A DNA stretch of 64,000 nt from Candidatus Omnitrophota bacterium (GTDB lineage Bacteria > Omnitrophota > Gorgyraeia > Zapsychrales > Fredricksoniimonadaceae). The stretch lies in the NCBI GenBank assembly GCA_015233145.1, contig JADFYI010000005.1, positions 16,872-80,871 of the forward strand, written 5' to 3'. Shown one piece after another: positions 19,382 to 29,094 of the stretch (its first letter is position 1; every line of letters begins with the position of its first letter). The translations under genes and the position numbers were made by a program. The notes under the pieces were generated by a model. It ran no database searches, was not told where the DNA came from, and was given only the letters and a program-made list of their open reading frames with translations.

Positions 19382-20842
19382 ATGATTGAATTTAAAAGAA
19401 AAGTTTTGATTATAGGTTATGGGTCAGTGTCAAGATGCACCATCCCCATAATGCTTAAGCACGTCAGAATTCCCCATGAAAATATAACAATCATTGATTT
19501 TGAAGATAAATCCGGTGAATTAAAAGAATTGACGGACAAAGGCATCAAATTCTTCAGGCAGAAAATTACACCGGAGAACATGGATAAAATACTCTCCCGG
19601 CATTTGGAGCGCGGCAGCCTTTTGATAGATCTCGCGTGGAACATCGACTGCTGTGAGATTGTCCAGTGGTGCCATGACCATGAAGTACTTTATGTCAACA
19701 CGTCGGTTGAGGTCTGGGACTCTTTTGCTGAAAGGTTTACGGCGACCCCCTATGGAAAATCGCTCTATTCCCGTCAGATGAAACTCAGGGAACTGACAAA
19801 AAACTGGAAAGATGCCACAACGTTTGTTCTTGACCATGGGGCTAATCCCGGGCTTATTTCGCATTTTGCCAAGCAGGGCGCCATTGATATTGCCCAAAAA
19901 ATGATTAAAGACAACAAGGCCAAGAATCCCAAGAAGCTGGAGAGATTGATTGATGCGGCCCAAAAGGGTTCTGGAAATTTTGCCGAGCTTGGCAATGAGA
20001 TAGGCGTAAAAGTCATTCATTGCTCGGAAAGAGACACGCAGATCACAAACAGGCCTAAAGAGGTTGATGAGTTTGTCGGCACCTGGAGCATTGAAGGCCT
20101 GAGGGAAGAGGGCACGGCTCCTGCGGAGATGGGCTGGGGCTCTCATGAGAAAAAACTTCCCGCGTTAGCGCACGTCCCCTCCAAAGGCCCCAAAAACCAG
20201 ATATTCCTCGCCCAGATGGGGATGAACACATGGGTTAGGTCATTTGTTCCTGATTACGAGATTGTCGGAATGGTCATCAGGCATGGGGAGGCCTTTGGAA
20301 TTTCTGACAAGTGGACACTGCGAAAGAATGGAAAAGCCGTGTACCGGCCAACCGTCCATTATGCCTATATGCCGTGCGATGAAACAATCATGTCCTTGCA
20401 TGAACTGAGGGGAAATAATTATGAGATGCAGTCAAAACTCAGGATATTACAAGACCATGAAATAAAATCCGGCGACGATATTTTAGGCGCTTTGCTCATG
20501 GGGCATGCTTACAATTCATGGTGGACCGGCAGCATCCTGTCAATCGAAGAGTCCAGAAAACTTGCACCAGGCCAAAATGCGACGACGATACAGGTTGCTT
20601 TGGGTGTCATTACCGCAGCCATGTGGATGATCGAAAATCCTAAAAAAGGTTTTTGCCTTCCCGACGACCTGCCGCATGATTATGTGTTAAAGGTTGCCAA
20701 GCCCTATCTTGGCAAATTTGTTTCAAAGCCGTATGATTGGACGCCGTTAAAAAACAGGAAAACTTATTTTAAGGAGAATCCTGCCAATAAGTTTGATAAT
20801 AAAGATCCGTGGCAATTTCAGAACTTCATGTTTGTGGCCTAA
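19382..20842 (+). CDS. hss: Homospermidine synthase
   Basis: Colinear with recalled bacterial HSS: VLIIGYGSVSRCTIP, GANPGLISHF, HCSERDTQ, GTWSIEGLREEG..PAEMGWG, VYRPTVHYAYMPCD, APGQNATTIQVA, DPWQFQNF. Confidence 0.85.
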   Translation: MIEFKRKVLIIGYGSVSRCTIPIMLKHVRIPHENITIIDFEDKSGELKELTDKGIKFFRQKITPENMDKILSRHLERGSLLIDLAWNIDCCEIVQWCHDHEVLYVNTSVEVWDSFAERFTATPYGKSLYSRQMKLRELTKNWKDATTFVLDHGANPGLISHFAKQGAIDIAQKMIKDNKAKNPKKLERLIDAAQKGSGNFAELGNEIGVKVIHCSERDTQITNRPKEVDEFVGTWSIEGLREEGTAPAEMGWGSHEKKLPALAHVPSKGPKNQIFLAQMGMNTWVRSFVPDYEIVGMVIRHGEAFGISDKWTLRKNGKAVYRPTVHYAYMPCDETIMSLHELRGNNYEMQSKLRILQDHEIKSGDDILGALLMGHAYNSWWTGSILSIEESRKLAPGQNATTIQVALGVITAAMWMIENPKKGFCLPDDLPHDYVLKVAKPYLGKFVSKPYDWTPLKNRKTYFKENPANKFDNKDPWQFQNFMFVA

Positions 20843-20853
20843 GGGGAGATGGA

Positions 20854-22035
20854 ATGAGCGAAACCAATGGAAAGAATAATGAATGCCGGCTGTCAGAGGA
20901 TGAAAAGGTCCTGATGCAGAAGCTTGCCATGGAGCATGGCACGCCTCTTTTTGTGATCGATCATGAAAAGATAAGGCAGAATTACCGCGAGTTTAAGGAG
21001 TATTTACCCCGGGTGCAGGCGTATTATGCTGTGAAAGCCAACTCCAACCCTGAAATAGTCAAAACCCTGTATGACATGGGCGCGAGCTTTGATGTCGCTT
21101 CCATGCCGGAATTCATGCTGGTTCACGAGAACATTAAAAAACTTCCAGACAAGGAAAGACAGGACTTTATTTGGGACAAGATCATCTACGCCAACACCAT
21201 CAAGCCTGTGGAAACACTGGAAGCATTAGATAAGTACAAGCCGCTGGTTACTTATGACAACAGCGAAGAACTTAAGAAAATAAAGAAGCACGCGCCCCAG
21301 GCCGGCCTGGTGTTAAGGATCAGGGTTCCCAATACCGGCTCTATGGTGGAATTGTCTTCAAAGTTCGGGGCATCCCCTGGAGAGGCCGTGGACTTGATTG
21401 AGGAAGCCTTTAGCATGGACCTTGTTGTGGAGGGCTTAAGCTTTCATGTCGGGAGCCAGTGCACCAATTTTAACAATTACATACAGGCGCTTCAGCTGTC
21501 ATCCAATATCATCAAGGAAGTCGAGTCGCGCCTGAACAGGAAATTAATTATTATTGATATCGGCGGCGGATTTCCCGTGCAGTATAACGGGAAGGTCAAG
21601 GCCTTCAAGGTGCTGGCAAAGAAACTCAATAACGAGATAGCACGATTGTTCCCGCCGGATATGCATTTGCTTTCAGAGCCTGGCCGCTTTATGGTGGCTG
21701 ATGCCTGCACTGTTGTGGCCAAGATTGTAGGCAAGGCCATCAGGGATGGAAAACCGTGTTACTATATCAATGATGGTGTTTATCATACGTTCTCAGGACA
21801 GATTTTCGACCATTGCAATTACCCCATCAAGGCCTTCAAGGAGGGCGAGAGGCAGATATCCGCAGTCTTTGGCCCCACATGCGATGCGCTCGATACCATC
21901 ACATTATCTGCCGAGTTGCCTGAGCTTGAGATTCATGACCTGGTGTACGCAGAGAACATCGGCGCCTATTCCCATGCCTCATCCACTTTCTTTAATGGGT
22001 TTCCGCCTGCGAAGATAATACATATCAACAAATAA
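20854..22035 (+). CDS. PLP-dependent ornithine/lysine decarboxylase (alanine-racemase fold, group IV)
   Basis: AYYAVKANSNPEIV PLP-lysine motif, DIGGGFP, EPGRF, CDALD. Start moved to MSETNG to clear hss. Confidence 0.8.
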   Translation: MSETNGKNNECRLSEDEKVLMQKLAMEHGTPLFVIDHEKIRQNYREFKEYLPRVQAYYAVKANSNPEIVKTLYDMGASFDVASMPEFMLVHENIKKLPDKERQDFIWDKIIYANTIKPVETLEALDKYKPLVTYDNSEELKKIKKHAPQAGLVLRIRVPNTGSMVELSSKFGASPGEAVDLIEEAFSMDLVVEGLSFHVGSQCTNFNNYIQALQLSSNIIKEVESRLNRKLIIIDIGGGFPVQYNGKVKAFKVLAKKLNNEIARLFPPDMHLLSEPGRFMVADACTVVAKIVGKAIRDGKPCYYINDGVYHTFSGQIFDHCNYPIKAFKEGERQISAVFGPTCDALDTITLSAELPELEIHDLVYAENIGAYSHASSTFFNGFPPAKIIHINK

Positions 22036-22050
22036 TTCCTTAGAGGGAAT

Positions 22051-22488
22051 ATGAACCGTAAAGATTATAAAGGTGAGGCCTCTTCCAAAGTCCTTGAAGA
22101 CGGCAATGACCTTTTGATTGATTTTGAAAAATTAAAGAAAGTTGCGCAAAGCCCTGATTCGGTCGTGCCGGTTGTGGTCCAGGATGCTGCGTCAAAGGAA
22201 GTTTTGATTGTGGCTTATGCCAACGAAAAGGCCCTTCGCCACACGTTGGAGTCCGGGCTTGCCACATTCTGGAGTACTTCGAGAAATGAGCTTTGGATTA
22301 AAGGCAAGACCTCGGGGGATGAGCTTTATATTGTTGATGTTTTTGTTAATTGTGAGCAGAATTCGCTTTTATATCTTGTGACAATGAAAGCCAAGGGCTC
22401 CTGCCACACCAAAGACACCAAAGGCCAGACCCGTTTCGGATGCTATTATCGGCGCATTAAAAATGGGAAACTTGAGTTTATAAAATAA
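22051..22488 (+). CDS. hisI: Phosphoribosyl-AMP cyclohydrolase
   Basis: VPVVVQDAASKEVLIVAYANEKAL...FWSTSRNELWIKGKTSGD...VNCEQNSLLYLV. No other his genes are nearby. Confidence 0.8.
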   Translation: MNRKDYKGEASSKVLEDGNDLLIDFEKLKKVAQSPDSVVPVVVQDAASKEVLIVAYANEKALRHTLESGLATFWSTSRNELWIKGKTSGDELYIVDVFVNCEQNSLLYLVTMKAKGSCHTKDTKGQTRFGCYYRRIKNGKLEFIK

Positions 22489-22505
22489 AATGTTCCGGAG
22501 GCTTT

Positions 22506-22862
22506 ATGAAGAACGTTATTGTGATTGATGATGACCAGGGCATTTTGAGCCTTTTTGAGAAAAAGCTTACAGCCAGCGGCTATGCGGTTTCAACTGCAAT
22601 GGACGGGGTTGAGGGGCTTGCCAAGATTCGCCGTGAGCGCCCGGATTTGGTTGTTATCGACGTTGTCATGCCCAAGATGGATGGCTTCAGCGTTGTGCGT
22701 GAAATAAGGGCCGACGACAATCTCAAGGCTGTTCCGGTCATTGTTCTTACGGCCAAGGGCGAGCTGGGGGACCTTTTCCGGATGGAAGGGGTCGCCGCAT
22801 TCTTTGAGAAGCCGTTTTCCTGCGATGAGCTTTTGGCAAAAATTCATCAACTGATCGGGTAA
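22506..22862 (+). CDS. Single-domain response regulator (REC)
   Basis: VIVIDDD, LVVIDVVMPKMDG, LTAKG, KPF. Confidence 0.85.
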   Translation: MKNVIVIDDDQGILSLFEKKLTASGYAVSTAMDGVEGLAKIRRERPDLVVIDVVMPKMDGFSVVREIRADDNLKAVPVIVLTAKGELGDLFRMEGVAAFFEKPFSCDELLAKIHQLIG

Positions 22863-22867
22863 TTGTT

Positions 22868-22899
22868 ATCAGCCGGTTTTTATCCCGGCTGATTTTTTT
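22868..22899 (+). terminator. Rho-independent terminator
   Basis: Perfect 9-bp stem ATCAGCCGG/CCGGCTGAT (22868-22876 and 22885-22893), 8-nt loop, then a T-run to 22899. Confidence 0.8.
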
Positions 22900-22900
22900 C

Positions 22901-22928
22901 TTGAAAAATGACACCATGATGGTATCAT
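22901..22928 (+). promoter_or_regulatory. Promoter (TTGAAA 22901-22906, TATCAT 22923-22928) overlapped by a 21-bp palindrome ATGACACCAT-G-ATGGTATCAT (22908-22928); candidate Rrf2 operator
   Basis: 9 of 10 arm positions are complementary. The site lies immediately upstream of the Rrf2-ferredoxin-hcp operon. Confidence 0.5.
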
Positions 22929-22951
22929 TTACGCAGAAAGGATTTGGGGGT

Positions 22952-23359
22952 ATGCATTTATTAGCTCGCAGCACAGATTACGCGGTTCGCGCGCTTTTAT
23001 ATATGGCGCCAAAGCGCGGTGAGGTTGTCTCCACTTCGGATTTGGACCGGGACCTTAAATTGCCGCGCCCTTTTATGCGAAGGATCCTTCAGGTTTTGCA
23101 AAAACAGGGTTATTTAAGTTCTGTGAAGGGGCATAAGGGCGGATTCAGGCTTTTGATGGCGCCAGGAAAAATCCGGCTTATTGACCTTATGAGGGCATTT
23201 CAGGGGGAGATATCGTTAGGGGATTGCTTATTTAAGAAGAAGGTTTGCGGTTGCGTAAAAACATGTCCCCTTCGTCATGAAATCAAGGATCTGGAATCCG
23301 TGGTTTTAGGCAGGCTTTCGAATATAACAATATCCCGTTTGATGCAAGGAGCTTCATGA
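22952..23359 (+). CDS. Rrf2-family transcriptional regulator (NsrR/IscR-like)
   Basis: MHLLARSTDYAVRALLYMA..., with C-terminal Cys residues (CLFKKKVCGCVKTC) for an Fe-S cluster. Start moved from the non-ATG 22901. Confidence 0.8.
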   Translation: MHLLARSTDYAVRALLYMAPKRGEVVSTSDLDRDLKLPRPFMRRILQVLQKQGYLSSVKGHKGGFRLLMAPGKIRLIDLMRAFQGEISLGDCLFKKKVCGCVKTCPLRHEIKDLESVVLGRLSNITISRLMQGAS

Positions 23360-24165
23360 GACGAAAAATTATCACGATTGATGACAACAAATGCAATGGC
23401 TGTGGAGTGTGTGTCCCGGCCTGTCATGAGGGCGCGATTAAAATTGTAAACGGCAAGGCGAAACTTTCCCAGGATGCTTTATGCGATGGATTAGGCGCTT
23501 GTTTGGGGGAATGCCCCCAGAGTGCCATTACCGTTCAAGAACGTGAGGCTGATGATTATAGTGAAATCGCCGCGTTAAAAAATATCAGCAAACAGGGGGC
23601 TCAAGCGGTCGATGCCCATTTAAAGCATCTTCAGGATCATGGACAAAAAGAGTATTTGGCGGTTGCCATGAGTTATTTAAAAGAGAAGGAGCTCCAGATG
23701 ACAAAAGAAAAATCATCGTGCGGTTGCCCGGGTGCCATGGCCAGAGATTTCAGGGGCGCGGTAAAGCCAGTGGGCAGTATGGCCCCGGAAGCTGTTACGA
23801 GCGGGCTCGAGCAGTGGCCAGTCCAGTTAAAACTTTTGAGTTCTCAAGCGCCGTTTTTTGAAGGCCGGGAAATTGTTGTGAGCGCGGATTGCGTGCCATT
23901 TACTTATGCTAATTTTCATTCTAGGTTTTTAAAAGGGAAGGCTCTTGTAGTTTTTTGTCCCAAGCTTGATGAGGGTCTTGAAAGTTATGTTGAGAAGCTC
24001 GTAGAAATATTTAAGAGACATGCTACGCTATCGGTCAGCGTTGTGCGTATGGAGGTTCCTTGCTGCGGTGGGACGTTGAAAATTGTAGAAGATGCGGTCC
24101 GGCGTTCAGGGAAAAATGTGGTCATTAAGGAATACACAATATCTCTCAGAGGAGAGATTGTCTAA
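23356..24165 (+). CDS. 4Fe-4S dicluster ferredoxin-domain protein
   Basis: [16 protein letters not shown] and [16 protein letters not shown], plus a C-terminal CCGG motif. Overlaps the Rrf2 stop. Confidence 0.7.
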   Translation: MRRKIITIDDNKCNGCGVCVPACHEGAIKIVNGKAKLSQDALCDGLGACLGECPQSAITVQEREADDYSEIAALKNISKQGAQAVDAHLKHLQDHGQKEYLAVAMSYLKEKELQMTKEKSSCGCPGAMARDFRGAVKPVGSMAPEAVTSGLEQWPVQLKLLSSQAPFFEGREIVVSADCVPFTYANFHSRFLKGKALVVFCPKLDEGLESYVEKLVEIFKRHATLSVSVVRMEVPCCGGTLKIVEDAVRRSGKNVVIKEYTISLRGEIV

Positions 24166-24178
24166 AAAGGAGAATGCT

Positions 24179-25831
24179 ATGAGTATGTTTTGTTTTCAAT
24201 GCCAGGAAACAGCCGGCAACGCCGGCTGCAAAGTTAAGGGTGTTTGCGGTAAAACCGATGTGGTGGCCAATTTACAGGATCTTTTGATTTTTGTGACCAA
24301 GGGCATTGCCGTTGTGGCAGACAAAGCCAGGGGCCAGGGGATTGCCCTGGATAACAAGACCGGGCAATTTATGACAACCGCAATTTTTACGACAATCACT
24401 AATGCCAATTTTGACGAGGCGGCCATTATCGCGCGCATTCGTCAGGCCCTGAAAGTGCGTGATGCCTTGAAAGCCGGAATATGCCCGTCGTGTGGCTGTG
24501 ATTCTTCTTCTGCGCCGGAGTGCGTCACCTGGAGCGCGGATACCGATGACAAGATCAGGATGAAAGCCGCCTATGTCGGCGTTCTCACGACAGAGAACGA
24601 AGATATCCGCTCTCTTCGAGAACTCATTATGTATGGCGTCAAAGGCCTTTCAGCGTATGCCGAGCACGCCTGGCAGTTAGGCTATGAAGACCCTGCGATT
24701 TATGACCATATAGTGACCGCATTGTCAAAAACAACCCAAGACCTCCCTGTGGATGAGCTCGTCGGATTGACACTGAAGACCGGGGAGTATGTGGTAAAAA
24801 CTCTGGCGCTTCTTGATAAGGCGAACACGACCACTTACGGCAAGCCTGAGATTACAAAGGTGAACCTGGGGGTGAGAAAAAATCCCGGTATTCTTATTTC
24901 CGGCCACGACCTTAGGGACATGGAAGACCTTTTGGAACAAACCAGGGGCACGGGCGTTGATGTTTATACGCACAGTGAAATGCTCCCGGCGAATTATTAT
25001 CCGAAGTTTAAAAAGTACGACAACCTCGCTGGTAATTATGGCAGTTCCTGGTGGCACCAGAACCAGGATTTCGAGAGTTTTAACGGCCCGGTACTGATGA
25101 CAACCAATTGCATCATTCCGGTGAAGGGCAGTTATTTAAACCGCCTTTTTACAACTGGTGCAGCCGGATATCCCGGAGCCAAACATATCGGGGAACGTCC
25201 TATGGGCGGACGCAAAGATTTTTCTGAAATTATTAAACTGGCCAAAACATGCCCGGCGCCAAAAGAAATTGAGACCGGAACTCTGGTCGGCGGCTTTGCT
25301 CATGACCAGGTTTTGGCCCTGGCGGATAAGGTTGTGGCTGCGGTCAAATCCGGGGCTATCAAGCGTTTTGTGGTCATGGCAGGCTGTGATGGCCGCATGA
25401 AAGACCGGCAGTATTTTACGGATGTTGCCAATGCCTTGCCGAAAGATACCATCATTCTTACGGCTGGCTGCGCAAAGTATCGTTACAACAAACTTCCCTT
25501 GGGTGATATTGGCGGAATTCCTCGAGTCCTTGATGCCGGCCAGTGCAATGATTCGTATTCACTCGCCGTGATCGCGCTTAAGCTCAAAGAAGTTTTTGGG
25601 CTGGATGATATTAACAAGCTTCCGATTTCTTATGACATTGCCTGGTATGAGCAGAAGGCCGTGGCAGTCCTGTTGGCGCTTCTTTACCTGGGTGTCAAAA
25701 ACATCCGTTTGGGGCCGACCTTGCCGGCATTCCTCTCGCCGAATGTGGCCAAGGTGCTGGTTGAGAAATTCAATATCAAGCCCACTGCGACAGCCGCGGC
25801 GGATGTGTCAGCGATCATGGCCGGCGTTTAA
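24179..25831 (+). CDS. hcp: Hybrid cluster protein (hydroxylamine/NO reductase)
   Basis: [18 protein letters not shown]-terminal cluster motif; about 550 aa. AAGGAGAA RBS precedes 24179. The track start at 24092 overlaps the upstream gene. Confidence 0.9.
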   Translation: MSMFCFQCQETAGNAGCKVKGVCGKTDVVANLQDLLIFVTKGIAVVADKARGQGIALDNKTGQFMTTAIFTTITNANFDEAAIIARIRQALKVRDALKAGICPSCGCDSSSAPECVTWSADTDDKIRMKAAYVGVLTTENEDIRSLRELIMYGVKGLSAYAEHAWQLGYEDPAIYDHIVTALSKTTQDLPVDELVGLTLKTGEYVVKTLALLDKANTTTYGKPEITKVNLGVRKNPGILISGHDLRDMEDLLEQTRGTGVDVYTHSEMLPANYYPKFKKYDNLAGNYGSSWWHQNQDFESFNGPVLMTTNCIIPVKGSYLNRLFTTGAAGYPGAKHIGERPMGGRKDFSEIIKLAKTCPAPKEIETGTLVGGFAHDQVLALADKVVAAVKSGAIKRFVVMAGCDGRMKDRQYFTDVANALPKDTIILTAGCAKYRYNKLPLGDIGGIPRVLDAGQCNDSYSLAVIALKLKEVFGLDDINKLPISYDIAWYEQKAVAVLLALLYLGVKNIRLGPTLPAFLSPNVAKVLVEKFNIKPTATAAADVSAIMAGV

Positions 25832-25866
25832 AGATAGCAATGAGATGAGGAGTGTTTTTCAAAACG

Positions 25867-27036
25867 CTAGTTAGCGCGCTTGCCGCAGAGGTGGACTTTA
25901 GTACCATAGATTTTCTCTATCTGTGTCGCAGGCGTCATGCTCAGGTCTTCGTCATTGATATCAAAACTGGCTCTCGGCAAGATGATTTCTTCTGGCCGAG
26001 GGCCTTTATTGTGAAGGAAAAATTCTTTAACCGCGGCCAAATAATCCTCCACAAGCAACAGGCCTGCGCAGTCAACGTTTCCTGCGAAAACTTGAGATTT
26101 AACCATGTGGGATCCGTCATTTTCCATTCCTAAAGACTTTAATACGCCTGGAAAAACATTGCGGACGCTGGCAGGATAAAGGAATAACTTTCTTCTTTTG
26201 GAAAAATTTCTTTTGTCTTTCATCAAATTTCTAAGACTTTCTGAAATATCTTTGTTCATGTCAGTATCAGACATCGCAAAGCCATAACTGATATTGGCAG
26301 AGTATTTCTTTTTAAGGAAGAGGCAGTATTGATGAAGGAAATTATCGGGAACTGATAATTCTTTAATGACATGAGCAGGGGTATACTTCGTGTAACCGGG
26401 GCGATGTACCACGATTTTTGTAGTGTTGATTTCTGTTAAATTTCTGACTGTCGCTTCAAAATCTCCGGAAGTGATGCTTTGTTTTAAAGGGACAAGGAGT
26501 ATCAAGTGGTGGATTTTATATTTTTTTAACAGGCTCAGCGTAGCGATGGCATTTTGATGTTTTTTTTGCGTTCCACCCATGATTTTTGTTCTATGGGAAA
26601 TGTTAGTTGTGTGCAAAGAAACATGTAAACATAAATTCAATTCTTTAATTATTTCGAGCTTTTCTTCTGTCAATTCCATGGCGTTGGTGAAAGTGATCAT
26701 GTTATTGCATTCAACGCGTTTCTTTTGAACCAACAGTTTGAGGACATCCATAACATGGGGATGACAAAAAAATTCTCCGGAATTAACATGGATGGCCGAG
26801 CCTATCCATGCGGGACTTTTCAAATGCCTGTCCATGAAATGTTCGATTTCTTCCAGCGTCAGCATCCTGTTAAGATGCTTGAGGACATGGGGCGGGTTCC
26901 ATTTTTGAGAGCAAAAAAAGCAATTTGCGCTGCAGACATCGCCGAGAGTAATGATGCCGTTTTGAAAATCTTTTTTAAACGCCTCATAGACGTCGGCCGG
27001 CATGGAAAGTTTTGATTCCGCTCGAGAAAGGCTCAT
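25867..27036 (-). CDS. Radical SAM protein with DUF512-like C-terminal domain
   Basis: CSANCFFC (CxxxCxxC) near the N-terminus. C-terminal VFAGNVDCAGLLLVEDYL resembles the DUF512 G..V.V.GLL.G.D motif. The gene is visibly AT-rich. Confidence 0.6.
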   Translation of the reverse strand: MSLSRAESKLSMPADVYEAFKKDFQNGIITLGDVCSANCFFCSQKWNPPHVLKHLNRMLTLEEIEHFMDRHLKSPAWIGSAIHVNSGEFFCHPHVMDVLKLLVQKKRVECNNMITFTNAMELTEEKLEIIKELNLCLHVSLHTTNISHRTKIMGGTQKKHQNAIATLSLLKKYKIHHLILLVPLKQSITSGDFEATVRNLTEINTTKIVVHRPGYTKYTPAHVIKELSVPDNFLHQYCLFLKKKYSANISYGFAMSDTDMNKDISESLRNLMKDKRNFSKRRKLFLYPASVRNVFPGVLKSLGMENDGSHMVKSQVFAGNVDCAGLLLVEDYLAAVKEFFLHNKGPRPEEIILPRASFDINDEDLSMTPATQIEKIYGTKVHLCGKRAN

Positions 27037-27195
27037 AGGGTATTAATGAAATGGTTGCGAGAGATCCTTTATTTTATTAAGTATAATGAATCGTTCTCAT
27101 TTTTCCCATTATTTTTAAAAGAGGCGGGAGGTAATTTTTACCCTTGTTTTTTTAGGAGGCTTTCCTATAATGGTTCCTCTTAAACAGGAAAAGGA

Positions 27196-27564
27196 TTGGG
27201 AACAAAAATGAAAATGCCTGAAAGCCGTGAGTGGCGCAGATGTGATGTTTCTTTTCCAGCGAAATGCTGGGCTAAGGCGTCTCCTCAAAATCAGAACAAT
27301 ATTAATATTATTAATATCAATGGCCAGGGTTTTTGTTTTTCTTCTCTTTTGGGGTTTGAGTCTGGTGATAAATTAGGCCTGGAAATGGCCCTTCAGGGAG
27401 TGGGAAAGGCGCGCTTAAACGTGCAAGTCATCTGGTCAGGATTTCTTGATAAAGAGAAAAGCTTTTATTCAGGAGTCAGGATTGTCAATACTGATCAAAA
27501 TGAGCATGAAAAGTTCCTGAAATTTTATAATTTAAAACTTCTTTCTCTTCCTGCTTTGGAATAG
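27196..27564 (+). CDS. PilZ-like domain protein
   Basis: REWRR (RxxxR) and NINGQG (degenerate D/NxSxxG). Start uncertain: non-ATG 27196 or ATG 27208. Confidence 0.45.
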   Translation: MGTKMKMPESREWRRCDVSFPAKCWAKASPQNQNNINIININGQGFCFSSLLGFESGDKLGLEMALQGVGKARLNVQVIWSGFLDKEKSFYSGVRIVNTDQNEHEKFLKFYNLKLLSLPALE

Positions 27565-27676
27565 TGCATAATTTACTTCTTTCTATGTTGTCAGCTTGTA
27601 TAGCTTGTGTTATATTTATCTATAAGGGGAACAACCAGAACAACGGGAACTGGTTTGTTATTAAAAGGGGATAAAT

Positions 27677-28249
27677 ATGGATAAACCACCGCTAACAACC
27701 GGTGAAATTGCCCAATATTGTCACGTCACAGACCGCGCTGTCTTAAAATGGATTGATGAAGGAAAGCTTAAGGCCTACCGCACCCCAGGTAACCATAGCC
27801 GTGTGAGTATTCATGATTTTATTGCCTTTTTGAAGGAATATAAGATGCCTATTCCTGAGGAGTTACAGGAAGGCAGTACACAAAAGAAGGTTTTAATCGT
27901 TGATGATGATAAAGAAATGGTTAATGCGATACGGCGTGTCATTTCTTCCCAAAATCACTTCCAGGTTGATATTGCCTATGACGGCTTTATGGCAGGGCAG
28001 AAGTTTGCTGAATTTAAGCCTGATTTGGTCCTTTTGGATATTAAAATGCCAGGAATCGATGGCTATGAGGTTTGCCAGCGCATCCGCAAAGACCCTGACA
28101 GCAAACACGTTAAAATCATTGTGATATCAGGCGCGCTTGATATGGACGGGATGGAGCGGATCATGCAACTCGGCGCAAATGATTATTTGACAAAACCTTT
28201 TCGTAATGAATTCTTGATCATGAAAGTTGAGAGAGTTTTAGGCCTTTGA
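27677..28249 (+). CDS. Hybrid regulator: excisionase/MerR-type HTH + REC domain
   Basis: LTTGEIAQYCHVTDRAVLKWIDEGKLKAYRTPGNHSRV, then VLIVDDD, LVLLDIKMPGIDG, KPF. Confidence 0.7.
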   Translation: MDKPPLTTGEIAQYCHVTDRAVLKWIDEGKLKAYRTPGNHSRVSIHDFIAFLKEYKMPIPEELQEGSTQKKVLIVDDDKEMVNAIRRVISSQNHFQVDIAYDGFMAGQKFAEFKPDLVLLDIKMPGIDGYEVCQRIRKDPDSKHVKIIVISGALDMDGMERIMQLGANDYLTKPFRNEFLIMKVERVLGL

Positions 28250-28279
28250 CGATCCCGCGGAGAATAGGCAACCCCTTTT

Positions 28280-29044
28280 ATGTTCCCATCTGCTGACGTC
28301 CTTTCTTTTGACCGAGTTCCTCCCACAGTTTTTATTCGAGATGACGATGTCTGGACTCCTGATAGCGTTTTTAAGGAGCTTTTGGGTTTTTTGAAAAAAC
28401 AAAAAATCCCGGTGATTTATGGCATTATCCCTGATCGCCTTGAAGAGGCCATGGTTCGTCTCCTTCGCAAAGAAAAAAAGCAGCACCCGGGATCTCTTGA
28501 TATCGTTCAACACGGGTTCGCTCATAAAAATTATGGCGAGGGCATGGCCAAGTATGAGTTTGGCCAAAGACGGTCCTATCACGATCAGCATGACGATATC
28601 CTCAAAGGGCTTACCATCATGCGCAGGCGTTTTGCACAGTATTGGACCCCGGGATTTATCCCGCCCTATCATGGTTATGATAACAACACCTTAAAAGTTA
28701 TTCGGTCGTTAAAAATCCCTCTTTTTTCATCAGGGGCGAGGGTCGTTTGTGATCAAAAGACTTTTATCGACCTTCCAGCCGCGATATCTTTAAATGAGTA
28801 TGATGCCAACAGCACGCCGAAGCCTTTTGATTTTCGCCATATGCTGAACACAACCTTAAGAACGTTGCGGCCGGGCAAGGTTTTTGGCATGGTTTATCAT
28901 CACCGCGCCATTAAGACAGAGTCGGATATGCGGGCCATTAAAATGTTTTTGCGTCTTTTGGCAGATTGGCGAGCTCAAAAAGAGCTTAGAATCGTGCTTT
29001 TTTCTGATATTTTAGAGGGATTTTCAAAAGGCGTTTCCTTTTAA
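28280..29044 (+). CDS. Polysaccharide-deacetylase-like (DUF2334-type) protein
   Basis: VFIRDDDV and DIVQHGFAH motifs in the order expected for NodB-like metal sites. Confidence 0.4.
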   Translation: MFPSADVLSFDRVPPTVFIRDDDVWTPDSVFKELLGFLKKQKIPVIYGIIPDRLEEAMVRLLRKEKKQHPGSLDIVQHGFAHKNYGEGMAKYEFGQRRSYHDQHDDILKGLTIMRRRFAQYWTPGFIPPYHGYDNNTLKVIRSLKIPLFSSGARVVCDQKTFIDLPAAISLNEYDANSTPKPFDFRHMLNTTLRTLRPGKVFGMVYHHRAIKTESDMRAIKMFLRLLADWRAQKELRIVLFSDILEGFSKGVSF

Positions 29045-29094
29045 AGAACTTGAAATAAAGTCTTAATAATATATACTTTTAATAATAATAAGCG

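Noticed and set aside
19520-20146. 208-aa antisense ORF inside hss
   Set aside because: The hss frame aligns colinearly with known homospermidine synthase. The antisense product has no motif.
25852-25867. Short hairpin GTGTTTT-TC-AAAACGC between convergent hcp and the DUF512 rSAM gene, as a bidirectional terminator
   Set aside because: The loop is only 2 nt, the stem is AT/GU-rich, and no T-run follows. It is too weak to call.
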